This document shows positions 40,793 to 50,698 of a stretch of 64,000 bases of DNA, one piece after another. Position numbers and translations under genes: made by a program. Each line of letters opens with the position of its first letter. The first letter of the stretch is position 1. Origin of the DNA: Nitrospirales bacterium (lineage in GTDB: Bacteria > Nitrospirota > Nitrospiria > Nitrospirales > UBA8639); contig CBDBCZ010000019.1 in NCBI GenBank assembly GCA_965203295.1, positions 1,888,001 through 1,952,000 of the forward strand, given 5' to 3'. Below the pieces are notes generated by a model. The model made no database searches. It was not told where the DNA came from and saw only the letters and a program-made list of their open reading frames with translations.

Positions 40793-40966
40793 CTTTATTT
40801 ATCTACATTCAGAAATAATAGTCACAACCAAATGGAATCAAAACTTCCTTAAATTTTTCGTTGGAATTCACAGACTCGAAGAAACTGAGCAATTTCCAGA
40901 CCTGAAAGAACAGGGCTACCGAGCGTCCTCTAACCATGCGAAAACGCCAAGGAAATACGTAGCCAG

Positions 40967-40996
40967 ACCTTACTTGATGGTTCAGGAGAGTGTCAA
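40967..40996 (-). promoter_or_regulatory. Sigma70-type promoter of gltBD
   Basis: TTGACA-N18-TAAGGT on the minus strand. Confidence 0.55.
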
Positions 40997-41060
40997 GATA
41001 ATCCGATCAACTTGAACGGCCCTTCTGCATTCATCTCCAAATGCACAGAGTCCAAAATCC

Positions 41061-41090
41061 TTGACAAAACCTCTTAACCCCACCTACTAT
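41061..41090 (+). promoter_or_regulatory. Sigma70-type promoter of the polyprenyl synthase gene
   Basis: TTGACA-N18-TACTAT; the ORF-track TTG start is this -35 box. Confidence 0.6.
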
Positions 41091-41099
41091 CGCCAAACC

Positions 41100-42107
41100 A
41101 TGCCAGACGGACCACCAGTAGCCCAGAGTCCAATCACAATGGATGAAGTCTGGGAGGCCTATAGAGAAGACCTTGAGGAAATTGAATCCCAAATTCAACA
41201 AAATTTCGATTCAGAAATCCCCCTCATCAACGAAATTGCAGCGTACATTCTCAACGGCGGGGGGAAACGCGTCCGTCCGCTGTTGCTCATCCTCTGCGCC
41301 CGACTTTCTGGGCTCATCCACAAAGAGGACCTTATTCTTGGGAGCCTGGTCGAGTTTATCCACACGGCTACCCTCCTCCACGATGACGTACTGGATGAAG
41401 CAGACCTCAGACGAGGACAGGACACCGCTCGGCGTATTTGGGGCAATCAAGCAAGTATTCTCGTCGGCGATTACCTCTATTCAAGAGCCATGTGTCAAAT
41501 CGCCGCGTTTCAGAATCACGATGTCAACGATGCAATCGCCGAAGCTTGTCGAAAGATGGCTGAAGGCGAAATATTGGAATTGTGCTCAAGTAATCAACCA
41601 ACTCGAACGGAAACAGAATATCTTCGTATCATTGAGTTTAAAACAGGAGCACTCGTTGCTGCCTCGTGTAGAGTCGGTGGGATCATCGGAGGCGCATCTC
41701 AGACCCAACAGGCGGCGCTTTTTCAATTTGGACTCCACTTGGGCATTGCCTTTCAACTGACCGATGACCAACTAGACTACGCCGCCAATGGGTCCCAACT
41801 TGGGAAAACATTGGGGCAAGATTTCAGGCAGGGGATGGTCACCCTTCCTTTACTGCATTTACTGCAAGCGGCTCCGCCTGAAGTCCGGAGTCCAATTCTT
41901 GAAGAATTTAAGACTGGAACGTTAGAGGATCAGGACCTGTTTCACCTTATTGGGCTCATGGAACAATACGGATCTCTGGCCTATGCGGCAGCTCGTGCCC
42001 AGGAATACATTGATGCGGCTCTTTCGCAACTTAACGCCTTTCCCGATTGTCCAGCCAAACGATCTTTGAGCATTGTGGCCGATTACATGGTAAACCGGAA
42101 CCGGTAA
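41100..42107 (+). CDS. ispB: Polyprenyl (octaprenyl-like) diphosphate synthase
   Basis: GGKRVRP, LLHDDVLD..RRG, GDYL, KTGAL, FQLTDDQLD; start ATG41100 or ATG41139. Confidence 0.88.
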   Translation: MPDGPPVAQSPITMDEVWEAYREDLEEIESQIQQNFDSEIPLINEIAAYILNGGGKRVRPLLLILCARLSGLIHKEDLILGSLVEFIHTATLLHDDVLDEADLRRGQDTARRIWGNQASILVGDYLYSRAMCQIAAFQNHDVNDAIAEACRKMAEGEILELCSSNQPTRTETEYLRIIEFKTGALVAASCRVGGIIGGASQTQQAALFQFGLHLGIAFQLTDDQLDYAANGSQLGKTLGQDFRQGMVTLPLLHLLQAAPPEVRSPILEEFKTGTLEDQDLFHLIGLMEQYGSLAYAAARAQEYIDAALSQLNAFPDCPAKRSLSIVADYMVNRNR

Positions 42108-42153
42108 TCTTCTTTCTCACCTTCAAAACCTTACTCATCGATTTCAGGAAAGA

Positions 42154-43140
42154 TTAGGATGTTGCGGGAGCGGACTTGTCCCCTCGGAGGACCGCCAAAA
42201 AAACGAGTCCAAGGACTATCCAGAACACTTCACGCAACCGTCGAATCAGGGCAAACGTAATGCCTGTCACGTCATCGTAGCCAAACCCCAGAAGAAGCAA
42301 AAGATATCCACCTTCCTGCGCGCCAACACTCCCTGGGATAAAAAATGTCCCGCCTTTTATCAAGACAGAAACCCCTGCGATGGAAAGAGAAGACAACAGA
42401 TCCACATCAGATCCCAAAAAATATAAAATCGCATAGACCTCTAAGGTTTCAGTCATCCATCCCAAAAAATAGGTGCCTACGGCGACAAAAAACGTAGGTC
42501 TCCGATGAACATAAAAGTTTTGGATTGTTCGGTCCAAGTCAACAAGTTGATCCTCCCGTGACTCCAAATAAGAAATTCGCAGCCCCAATTTCCGTACCAA
42601 CATCAGCATTCCCTGGGCTATTCCAAACCGCTGAGCCACGATAAACAACACTACACCGAATACTAACGTGCCTAGACTAATCACCATAATGATTCGGTCA
42701 TGTTCTGTCACACCCAATATCCAAAACATCAGTCCAAGACCCACCAGAATAAACAGAATTTGCGCCAACGTCATGGTGGTCTTAGCCGTAACCACTGAAG
42801 CCAACCCTTCGACAATAGGCACGCCGTATTTCTTTAATAAATAGGCTTTCATGGGTTCCCCACCAACGTATCCCGTGGGAGTGGTGACATTGATCACCTC
42901 ACCAGCCATACGAATGGCGAACAACCGATTAAAACCCACTTTTGCGGAAAAGGGGTACCCTAAGGTGAGAAACCACCCATAGGCTTCAAGGAGATACACC
43001 ACAACGGTAGGCAGAAGAATAATCAATAAAGCAAGGGGACCGAGACGGTGAGCTGTATCGAGAATAAGACCAGACCCGATATGCCAGACAATCCCACTCA
43101 GGGTCAAAAGGCCGACAATCAGGAAGACCAGTTTAATCAC
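42154..43140 (-). CDS. Flippase-like lysylphosphatidylglycerol-synthase-TM family protein
   Basis: TPTGYVGGEPMKAYLL, IPGSVGAQEGG, RRLREVFW; multi-TM. Confidence 0.85.
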   Translation of the reverse strand: MIKLVFLIVGLLTLSGIVWHIGSGLILDTAHRLGPLALLIILLPTVVVYLLEAYGWFLTLGYPFSAKVGFNRLFAIRMAGEVINVTTPTGYVGGEPMKAYLLKKYGVPIVEGLASVVTAKTTMTLAQILFILVGLGLMFWILGVTEHDRIIMVISLGTLVFGVVLFIVAQRFGIAQGMLMLVRKLGLRISYLESREDQLVDLDRTIQNFYVHRRPTFFVAVGTYFLGWMTETLEVYAILYFLGSDVDLLSSLSIAGVSVLIKGGTFFIPGSVGAQEGGYLLLLLGFGYDDVTGITFALIRRLREVFWIVLGLVFLAVLRGDKSAPATS

Positions 43141-44617
43141 TGGGACGGATGGAACCGAGAAGAATCCATGCCATGGTCAGGACAAAAAATGAGGATCCCA
43201 CAGCCGCAACGGCAAGAAACCAGGGAAGGATTTGAACAACCGCACAGAGCAGCACCAGCACAGAAAAGTCACGACTTGCCATATTTCCTAAGATAAACTC
43301 AAGCCGAGTCTTCTGCTTTTCAGACAGACGACCCCATTGAAGGGGATTCCCTCTCAGATGCCGCACACGATTGACGAACAGGAGAGAAAGGACATTGGCA
43401 ACCACCGTGATGGCTCCAAGAATCAAGGGAAGAGGATGGTGAGCCCAAGGACCTTGTTGGTACGCCCCCCAGGCAATACCTGCAAAGATGGCCATATGAA
43501 CAATATTATCAGCAATGATATCAAGTTCTTGTCCAAACGGAGATTCCGCAAACGTCAACCGAGCGACTTCTCCATCACAGCAGTCGATCACGACGGACAA
43601 TTGAAACAATAACGCACCGAAGATTCCGACACTATAGCTGCCTTGACCAAAGCACCAGGCTGCCACTAACCCGATACACATAGAGAGAATGGTAATCGCA
43701 TTGGGCGAAAGGCCAAACCACATGAACAGCTTGGTGAACACCCCAGAAAGTTTTCTGTTGAAATACCGGTCAACGAACCCGTCAAGCCCTCCTTTGACAG
43801 TTTGCAAAGATCGATGCAACGTGCGTTCAGCTAACTGCCGACCATTGGGCACTCGAGCATCGAGGAAATGATGAGACGAAGCGGAAATCGTGTGGACGAT
43901 TCCCTCCGCCGCAGCTTGCTCCAAAGCCAAACGGATCGGCCCAACTTGTGGAGAGGCCCATGAGCCTGAAATTCCTAATAAGCGAGCAGGGAGGACAACA
44001 AGATCCGCTGCCGGTGCAAAGCCATCCACCCCTTGAGCACTGGGTTCTGGTGAATCTTGAATGGGATCATGAAAGACGATTCGTGGGGATAGTCCGTCGG
44101 GACGAGGATCTGTGCGCATCAGGACACCGGGATTAGCCACCCGGCCATAATGCCCCTCTTGGCCAATAGCAATGGCCACTTGTCCCTCGCGGCCTTCTTC
44201 TTCTCTCAATATTTCGATCAAGGAATGAGAAAACACCATATGGCACCCTAAAATGAGGCACGGTTCCTTAACCTCGGCCCCCAATATTTCGCAGGTATGA
44301 GGATCGGAAGGCGGAAATTCACGGATAGGAAGCCATCTGATTGCCACACGTATCCGATTATCAGCCTGAACCAATGCACGAAGAGTCGGTTCTTCTCTCC
44401 CTACCAAGGCCAGGATTTGGGAAACCCCTCCCAGTTGGAGCGTAAAGATTGTTCTTTGAAACAGAGTCAGTCCACCGATTCTCGTGAGCGCACCAACCCG
44501 GGTGTCATCCAATGGCCCAGCAACATCAAAGACTCCTGAAGAAGCCAGGAGAATGGCAGTGTCTACTGTACCAACTTGCTGTTTATTGAGCGTGCCATCC
44601 ATAATGAGTAGAGGCAA
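43133..44617 (-). CDS. CDP-alcohol phosphatidyltransferase with N-terminal degenerate NTP-transferase domain
   Basis: SPNAIT, DCCDGEVAR..FGQELDIIAD signature; N-terminal AILLA..LTRIGGLTLFQR. Confidence 0.88.
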   Translation of the reverse strand: MPLLIMDGTLNKQQVGTVDTAILLASSGVFDVAGPLDDTRVGALTRIGGLTLFQRTIFTLQLGGVSQILALVGREEPTLRALVQADNRIRVAIRWLPIREFPPSDPHTCEILGAEVKEPCLILGCHMVFSHSLIEILREEEGREGQVAIAIGQEGHYGRVANPGVLMRTDPRPDGLSPRIVFHDPIQDSPEPSAQGVDGFAPAADLVVLPARLLGISGSWASPQVGPIRLALEQAAAEGIVHTISASSHHFLDARVPNGRQLAERTLHRSLQTVKGGLDGFVDRYFNRKLSGVFTKLFMWFGLSPNAITILSMCIGLVAAWCFGQGSYSVGIFGALLFQLSVVIDCCDGEVARLTFAESPFGQELDIIADNIVHMAIFAGIAWGAYQQGPWAHHPLPLILGAITVVANVLSLLFVNRVRHLRGNPLQWGRLSEKQKTRLEFILGNMASRDFSVLVLLCAVVQILPWFLAVAAVGSSFFVLTMAWILLGSIRPSD

Positions 44618-44620
44618 CCG

Positions 44621-45364
44621 TTAACCGACACTGAGTGAAGCCTTCTCAATCTGAGGGAGGACTTCGTTTTCAGCCCGGACAAGGTCTTCTGGAAAATCTA
44701 TTTCGATCCAGGGCAGCCCCCCGATCTTTTCATAACCAACGAGGACCTCTCTAAAAAAGTGCTCAAGGGCATCTTCATATTCCATGTCACGTTGACCTTG
44801 CTGAAGACATTGTTCTATGGAAAGGAGCAATCGGGGAGCATCCGTCTTATCGACTTTTAGGAATCCCACACCTTCTCCGGCAATGTCAAACTCAGAAGGC
44901 ATATGCTTCGTCAAAGCCACGACTCGATCCCCCCGTACCACGACCATACATTCCTCAGATTGTTGCACCACCGTATCATCCATTAACAGCACGTTGGTAT
45001 AGGTAGAGTGCACCAACCTTTTTAAAATATCAGGGTGAAATAAGACATCCGCATCCATGAGAATGGTGTCATCATCAAAATCATGACGCGCGGTCCATAA
45101 GGACCCAATACTCCCGCGGCGATAGTCCTCATTGACCCTAAACCGCACGTCGACTTCTTGGTTACAAGACTCGAACGCTTCACGAATCATCTCCTGTTTA
45201 TATCCAACAACAATCGTAGCCTGCGATACGCCCACAGACGCCAAGGCATCAAAATACCGAGATAGGAGTGTTCGGCCGCCAATGGGAATCAAGGCTTTGG
45301 GCTTATGCCGAGTCACCTCAGAAAGCCGTTTTCCCACACCAGCGGAAAGGATAATCGCTTTCAT
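44621..45364 (-). CDS. Phosphocholine/phosphonate cytidylyltransferase (LicC/PntC-like)
   Basis: ILSAGVGKRL, PKALI, MDADVLF, EYEDAL, WIEIDFPEDL. Confidence 0.85.
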   Translation of the reverse strand: MKAIILSAGVGKRLSEVTRHKPKALIPIGGRTLLSRYFDALASVGVSQATIVVGYKQEMIREAFESCNQEVDVRFRVNEDYRRGSIGSLWTARHDFDDDTILMDADVLFHPDILKRLVHSTYTNVLLMDDTVVQQSEECMVVVRGDRVVALTKHMPSEFDIAGEGVGFLKVDKTDAPRLLLSIEQCLQQGQRDMEYEDALEHFFREVLVGYEKIGGLPWIEIDFPEDLVRAENEVLPQIEKASLSVG

Positions 45365-46458
45365 GAAACACTCGACGGCTGTTGCTTCAGAACTTCTTCA
45401 AAGGCTTCTAAAAATCCCTCGAAGTCTTTTTCTGTAAGAGCCCCCATATTCGCCACACGAAAAATTTTTGATTCCAGATGCCCCTGCCCGGCATAAATGA
45501 CATAGCCACGCTCTTTCAACTGATCATGTAGCACTTGGTAGGAAAGACTTTCCGGCAAAAAATAGGCAGTCAGGGAATGCGACATCAAGGCCGTGTCCAG
45601 AACGGGTTTGATCCCCAAGTCGTTCATTCGGCCACGAATCATCTGGGCTGTTTGTTGATAACGACGAATTCGGTTGGATACGCCCTCTTCCAATAACTCG
45701 CTCAGAGCCTCATGAAAGGCATAGTAGACCGGCACCCCTGGTGTAAATGGGACATTCCTATGTTCCTGCTCCTCGTAATAATTGGCGAGGTTCAAATACC
45801 AGGAACGTTTCGGAAATTTCATGATCCGCTCCATGAATCCCTTCCGCACTATAACGAATGAAACACCTGGGAAGCCTTGAATGCATTTTCCAGCAGTCCC
45901 TGCGACCATATATATATGAGGACCCGTGATATCCAATTCCTCTCCACCTAGCCCACTTACCGAATCGAGCAAAAACACTCGATTCAAACTATCAACGATC
46001 TTAGCAACTTCATGAACGGGGTTAATCAGTCCAAGAGTGGTTTCATGATGAACCATTGAGACGACGTACACTTCAGGATGTTGCAACATGGCCGTCCGAA
46101 CTTTTTCCGGATCCGGCTGAACAGTCCAATCATATTTCAACTCCGGTATCGCCAGCCGTTGGGTCGCCGCCATATTCGTTAATCGCTGACCATAGACCCC
46201 GTTATTAATCACCAGCATCCGTTTGCCCTGAGGCAAAGAAGAAAATATCGAGGCCTCGACCGCAGCCGTTCCAGACCCAGTGAGAAGAATAGCCGTATAT
46301 TCGTCTTGGGCCTTGGGAACAAAAGCTTGAAGCAATTTAGTCCGTATATTGTGAATGAGTTCTGCGCATTCGTTTTCTCGATGACAAATATCAGGATGAA
46401 TAAGGGCCTTCCTCACACGATCCGAGACATTGACTGGTCCTGGGTTTAACAACATCAT
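45361..46458 (-). CDS. 2-aminoethylphosphonate aminotransferase-like (class V PLP)
   Basis: LLNPGPVN, CHRE, GSGTAAVEA, NNGVYG.R, VHHETT.G, GKCIQGFPG, YVIYAGQ. Confidence 0.85.
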   Translation of the reverse strand: MMLLNPGPVNVSDRVRKALIHPDICHRENECAELIHNIRTKLLQAFVPKAQDEYTAILLTGSGTAAVEASIFSSLPQGKRMLVINNGVYGQRLTNMAATQRLAIPELKYDWTVQPDPEKVRTAMLQHPEVYVVSMVHHETTLGLINPVHEVAKIVDSLNRVFLLDSVSGLGGEELDITGPHIYMVAGTAGKCIQGFPGVSFVIVRKGFMERIMKFPKRSWYLNLANYYEEQEHRNVPFTPGVPVYYAFHEALSELLEEGVSNRIRRYQQTAQMIRGRMNDLGIKPVLDTALMSHSLTAYFLPESLSYQVLHDQLKERGYVIYAGQGHLESKIFRVANMGALTEKDFEGFLEAFEEVLKQQPSSVS

Positions 46459-46507
46459 AATTCAAGAACACTCCTTCTCACTTCATACTTCGTTTGCCAA
46501 GGATGGT

Positions 46508-47104
46508 TTATTGAGTTTCCGCACTATTCATGGCTGATTGAAATCGCTTTGTCATATCATCAGGTTCAATGGATACGCGATCGGCATCTTCAATCTGTTC
46601 ATTCACTTTGATCAATAAAAAACTGGGGCCGTCATTCTTGAGCATATCCTTGAACTCGTAGATGATGTCCTCTCGTTCCCATACGCGTTCGATATTCACA
46701 TACCCAACTGATTTGGCCACTTGATCCAGTCGGACTTGCCGGGAATACGTTGGCTGGTTCCCCGTGGTTCCATAGACTTCATTATCAAACACCACATGGA
46801 CAAAGTTTCGAGGCTTCAAAGCGGCAATCGTGGCCAGCGACCCCATTCCCATCAACACGTTACCATCTCCATCAAAGACCACGACCTTCTTTTCGGGCTT
46901 AGCGAGCGCAACACCCAATCCAATAGCCGCAGCCACTCCCATCGACCCGATCATGTAGAAATTCTCAGGACGGTCCTTGAATTTATGCGCTTCCCTGGAA
47001 GGAAAGCCATTGCAGACCACAAGAGCTTGGTCCGTTATCAACTCGAGCAACGCGCTCATCGCTTGCGCGCGGCTTTGCATCACCCCTTCTTCAGGTCGCA
47101 TCAC
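46508..47104 (-). CDS. Phosphonopyruvate/sulfopyruvate decarboxylase, beta (ThDP-binding) subunit
   Basis: NFYMIGSMG, DGDGNVLM, DNEVYGTTGNQPT. Confidence 0.88.
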   Translation of the reverse strand: MMRPEEGVMQSRAQAMSALLELITDQALVVCNGFPSREAHKFKDRPENFYMIGSMGVAAAIGLGVALAKPEKKVVVFDGDGNVLMGMGSLATIAALKPRNFVHVVFDNEVYGTTGNQPTYSRQVRLDQVAKSVGYVNIERVWEREDIIYEFKDMLKNDGPSFLLIKVNEQIEDADRVSIEPDDMTKRFQSAMNSAETQ

Positions 47105-47122
47105 ACTCCCACTTTCGACAAC

Positions 47123-47361
47123 CTAGCAGGCTGTTGAAAAACTCAAACCTATCAAAATTCTGGCATGTTGAGGAATATCCGTTCATCATCAAAAGCGCTG
47201 CAGGATGTTCAAAAAGGCCCGCTCGCCTGCGCGAAGCCGCTTCGGCGGAGCCAGGTCCAGCAAGGCCGCAAGCAGCAAGGGGGACGAGGCGTACAAGTGA
47301 GTACGTTGAGGACTCCGAGCAATGAGAACGCCGCTGGCGGACTTTTTCAACATCCTGCTAG
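47123..47361. mobile_element. MITE-like non-autonomous element (nested)
   Basis: Left CTAG-CAGGCTGTTGAAAAACTC, right GGACTTTTTCAACATCCTG-CTAG, internal third end CAGGATGTTCAAAAAGGCC at ~47201; no transposase. Confidence 0.75.
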
Positions 47362-47855
47362 GGTTGAATACTTTTCACAATGCCTTTTTTGAGTAACAAG
47401 GCAACTGGAATTCGCTGGCTCATAAAGGTTTGGGCTGTCCATTTGAGGTCATCGACGAGAGTCTGCTCAGAGATGGTCCGATGCGGAATGCGAATCGTGT
47501 CGAGCAATTGGGGCATGGTTTGCCCCATGACCAGATGCTCCGGCGCGTCTTTTCCCTCAAATCCCCGCCACGAAATGATCATCAAACAAGGGATTTGGTA
47601 AATAAGATGCAAAGACATCAGAACATTCAACGCATTACCAAGACCAGAATTTTGCATTAGGACCGCAGGAATTTTTCCCCCAAGGTAGGCTCCAGCTGCC
47701 ATCGCAACCGTCTCGTCTTCTCGGACGGAAGGATAATACACTCGTTGATCCTCAAGAGTAGAAATAATACCGCCTAAAATGGTGTCCGGCACACCAGTAA
47801 AAAAATCAAACCCAATACCTTGTAGCGCCCGGACAAAATCATCGCTCTCAATCAT
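47358..47855 (-). CDS. Phosphonopyruvate/sulfopyruvate decarboxylase, alpha subunit
   Basis: FFTGVPD, REDE.V.MAAGAYLGG, LMQNSGLGN, ISWRG..DAPEH..MG. Confidence 0.88.
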   Translation of the reverse strand: MIESDDFVRALQGIGFDFFTGVPDTILGGIISTLEDQRVYYPSVREDETVAMAAGAYLGGKIPAVLMQNSGLGNALNVLMSLHLIYQIPCLMIISWRGFEGKDAPEHLVMGQTMPQLLDTIRIPHRTISEQTLVDDLKWTAQTFMSQRIPVALLLKKGIVKSIQP

Positions 47856-48091
47856 GCTGTTCTCGTGTGTTTATCGAAAAAGTGTATGGATTGCCAAAGA
47901 ATGGATAGAGAAAGGGTTGGATGCGTGATAGCTAAAACGCCAATGGTCAACTCCATCGCGGCCCATAGGCGAAGCCGATTATAACCAAGGCTCTCCCCTT
48001 TCTCAAGGAAGGGAGATAACCTCAAAATTGCAGAGATCCCTCACAGCAGTGTACACTTCATCAGCTAAGAAATTAAGGAAAAAGGGGAATT

Positions 48092-48493
48092 ATGAGGCCA
48101 AAAGGTCAATCACAACGACGATATACCGACACACATGCAAAAAGCGGAATCAACGCAAAACTCCCCAAGTTGGAAACTTGGCTTAACCAATACCAGGGAT
48201 ACGAGATCACCATCGAAATTCCCGAATACACGGCCATTTGTCCCAAAACGGGACTCCCGGACTTTGGGGCGATTGAGCTTCAATATATGCCTGCCCTCTC
48301 TTGCATCGAGCTGAAATCCCTGAAACTCTACATCCATGCGTATCGTAACCTAGGAATCTTTTACGAAAATGCCGTCAACCGTATTCTTCAAGATGTCGTG
48401 AAATCCTGCAAACCCAAATGGGCTATCGTCACTGGCAAATTTACAGCCCGTGGGGGCCTCAACAGCACCATCCAGGCTAAATACCCTCAATAA
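48092..48493 (+). CDS. queF: NADPH-dependent 7-cyano-7-deazaguanine reductase (preQ1 synthase)
   Basis: PEYTAICPKTGLPDF, ELKSLKLY, F.ARGG. Confidence 0.95.
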   Translation: MRPKGQSQRRYTDTHAKSGINAKLPKLETWLNQYQGYEITIEIPEYTAICPKTGLPDFGAIELQYMPALSCIELKSLKLYIHAYRNLGIFYENAVNRILQDVVKSCKPKWAIVTGKFTARGGLNSTIQAKYPQ

Positions 48494-48537
48494 GCTGCCA
48501 CTCCCTCCATTGATGAAAAGAAACTGGGAACCTTCAA

Positions 48538-49218
48538 TCATTCCACTGGTTTCACGATGTCCAGGAACATAGAACCATCAGGGTTGAGATGCGTAACCCT
48601 CAAATTGACGGGATCAGCGACCATATCTTGAGCCGGATAGGAGCAGAGCAGTGATTGCAGCCGCTCAGGCGCCTGCACAGTTGGATCGAGCCAGAGATCG
48701 TAGTGTTTGGGGTCTAAAATAACCGGCATCCGATTATGGATGCGTTCCATGAGTTCATTCGGTTCGGTGGTGATCAACACACAGGTCTGAATGACCTCAC
48801 TCTCGGGGCTAATCCAACTTTCCCAGAGCCCGGCAAAGGCAAAAGTTTGATCATCACGAAGCCGAAAGTAATAGGGTTGTGTAGTCCGCCCGACCCGTTT
48901 CCATTCGTAGAAGCCATCAGCAGGCACCAGACAACGACGACGACGAAAGGCCTCACGGAAGGCTGGTTTCTGGGATACGGTTTCCGCCCGCGCGTTAATC
49001 AAACCCATCCCAATTTTAGGATCTTTGGCCCAGGATGGGATCAAGCCCCAACGCAGCAGCACTACTTCCCGTTTCAGAGAATCTCGTGGGACTCGAATAC
49101 AAGCCACGAACTGTGAAGGTGCGATATTGTAGCGGGGGATGATCTCCAACGGCTGTTCAAGCTGGAACTGCTCGGCCACGACTTCTGGAGCTATTTTTAA
49201 CGTATAGCGCCCGCACAT
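48538..49218 (-). CDS. SOS response-associated peptidase (SRAP/HMCES/YedK)
   Basis: MCGRY, RYNIAP, WGLIP.W, INARAE, RCLVPADGFYEW, IHNRMPVIL. Confidence 0.95.
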   Translation of the reverse strand: MCGRYTLKIAPEVVAEQFQLEQPLEIIPRYNIAPSQFVACIRVPRDSLKREVVLLRWGLIPSWAKDPKIGMGLINARAETVSQKPAFREAFRRRRCLVPADGFYEWKRVGRTTQPYYFRLRDDQTFAFAGLWESWISPESEVIQTCVLITTEPNELMERIHNRMPVILDPKHYDLWLDPTVQAPERLQSLLCSYPAQDMVADPVNLRVTHLNPDGSMFLDIVKPVE

Positions 49219-49267
49219 GAAGTCTATCGTACCCTCTTCTTACGCTTAGACACTCTTTCTTTTTGTA

Positions 49268-49699
49268 ATGGGGCTTCGCCCCTGGGGACTATGCAGCATC
49301 TTTCAACGCCTGACCACAAACTCTTCAATTTTCACTAAAGTTGTGCTCGTCGAGTTTTGGACCTTCGGGTGTTACAACTGCCGAAACATCGAACCGTATG
49401 TCAAAGACTGGCATCAAAAATTTGCCAAGAAGGGACTTGTTGTCATTGCGATTCATTCACCGGAATTTGGCTACGAACGATCGGTGAAAAATGTGAAGCA
49501 GTACATCGAGGAGCATGACCTCCCCTACGCCGTTCCCATTGATAATGACTTTATCACCTGGAAACGGTACAACAACCGATACTGGCCGACCCTCTACCTC
49601 ATCGACAAACAGGGGATCATCCAGTATATCAAGATTGGTGAAGGGGGATACCCAGAGACAGAACGCCAAATTGGCCGACTGTTAGCTGAAGACGGGTAA
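49268..49699 (+). pseudogene. Redoxin/thioredoxin-like (DipZ C-domain type), probably 5'-truncated
   Basis: VVLVEFWTFGCYNC, IHSPEF..E, N.YWPT.YLID; sequence upstream of KVVLV has no signal peptide or APE/WLN segment and no SD. Confidence 0.6.
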
Positions 49700-49767
49700 A
49701 CCTCAAGCAAGCGTAAACGCGTAGTAGATTCAAGGAATCGTGCTGAGAGATTTCTGCTTTTTTGATC

Positions 49768-50541
49768 CTAGAATGAAGGTTGAGACAGATCGGCTTCTAA
49801 TGACTGCATAAGGGTTTTGCGAACTTTGGTCCTCGCGCGGTGAAGCAGTACCCGTTGATTGGTCATCGTGACATCCAACATTGCACAAACTTCTTCAGCA
49901 TCCAATCCCTCGATATCCCGAAAAATAATGACAAGCTGTTGAACCCGGGGCAACTGTCGAATCGCTTTCTCCACCTCCTGCAGGATTTCTTTTGAAAGCA
50001 GGAGACGTTCGGGTGTCTTTTCCTCCCAGCGAGAGGTTGTCAATGTCCAATCACTTGATAGATTCGCCATCAAGTAAACATCCTCTTGTGGCATAGAGAC
50101 ATGCTCTTTCTCCGATGGGTCAGGAGCTATCTCTTGAAAAGGAATATACCGTCGTTCTTGCTGGCCCCTAGTTTTGGCTCGGTTCGTGAGGATCCGGAAA
50201 ATCCAGGTCTTGATCGAGGCACGGCCTTCAAACCGTTTAATCCCTTCCAAAACACCCATCCACGTCTCTTGAACGACTTCTTCGGCTACAGCCTCTGAAG
50301 AAACATACGCTCTTGCCAAACGCATCAACGTTGGATGGTATGCTTCTATCAATCGTGAGAAGGCTTCTTCTTTCCCCTCCCTGAGAGCTTGAACGAGTCG
50401 AAAGTCTTCTAATGGTTTGGCACTGTGGCTTTGAATTTCTGCACGATCGACAATCGAAGATGAATGGCCCGAAACATGCGCGTTTTGAACTGAACCTTGG
50501 AGAGTAAAAATATCTGAAGTAGCCATTGTTCGCTGCATCAT
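49768..50541 (-). CDS. ECF sigma-70 factor
   Basis: AEEVVQETW, FEGRASIKTWIFRILTN, RDIEGL..EEVC..L....NQRVLLHRAR. Confidence 0.92.
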   Translation of the reverse strand: MMQRTMATSDIFTLQGSVQNAHVSGHSSSIVDRAEIQSHSAKPLEDFRLVQALREGKEEAFSRLIEAYHPTLMRLARAYVSSEAVAEEVVQETWMGVLEGIKRFEGRASIKTWIFRILTNRAKTRGQQERRYIPFQEIAPDPSEKEHVSMPQEDVYLMANLSSDWTLTTSRWEEKTPERLLLSKEILQEVEKAIRQLPRVQQLVIIFRDIEGLDAEEVCAMLDVTMTNQRVLLHRARTKVRKTLMQSLEADLSQPSF

Positions 50542-50639
50542 GAAGTCAACCTCCTCCCTACACCATTGATCTGTTTTTCACTCTTTGCGGAAAATCTTCC
50601 CAGCACACACCAAACAGGAAAACCGTTTTCCTAGGAATA

Positions 50640-50694
50640 AATCTAACAGGAGGAAGTAAAGAAGGAATAAAGGAAGTTTAAAGATTTGGTAAAG
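50640..50694 (-). promoter_or_regulatory. Four CTTTA direct repeats at 11-bp period plus extended -10, upstream of the ECF sigma gene
   Basis: Plus-strand TAAAG at 50657, 50668, 50679 and 50690; TGT-TAGATT at 50648-50640 on the minus strand. Confidence 0.65.
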
Positions 50695-50698
50695 ATGG

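Noticed and set aside
47134..47392. Short plus-strand ORFs inside the MITE as a transposase
   Set aside because: Too short, with no DDE or HUH motif
46508..47855. Coenzyme M biosynthesis (comDE)
   Set aside because: No comABC; the neighbouring transaminase, cytidylyltransferase and CDP-alcohol transferase point to head-group synthesis
48030..48091. preQ1 riboswitch upstream of queF
   Set aside because: An A-rich tail is present but only a 3-bp stem and no recognisable preQ1-I loop
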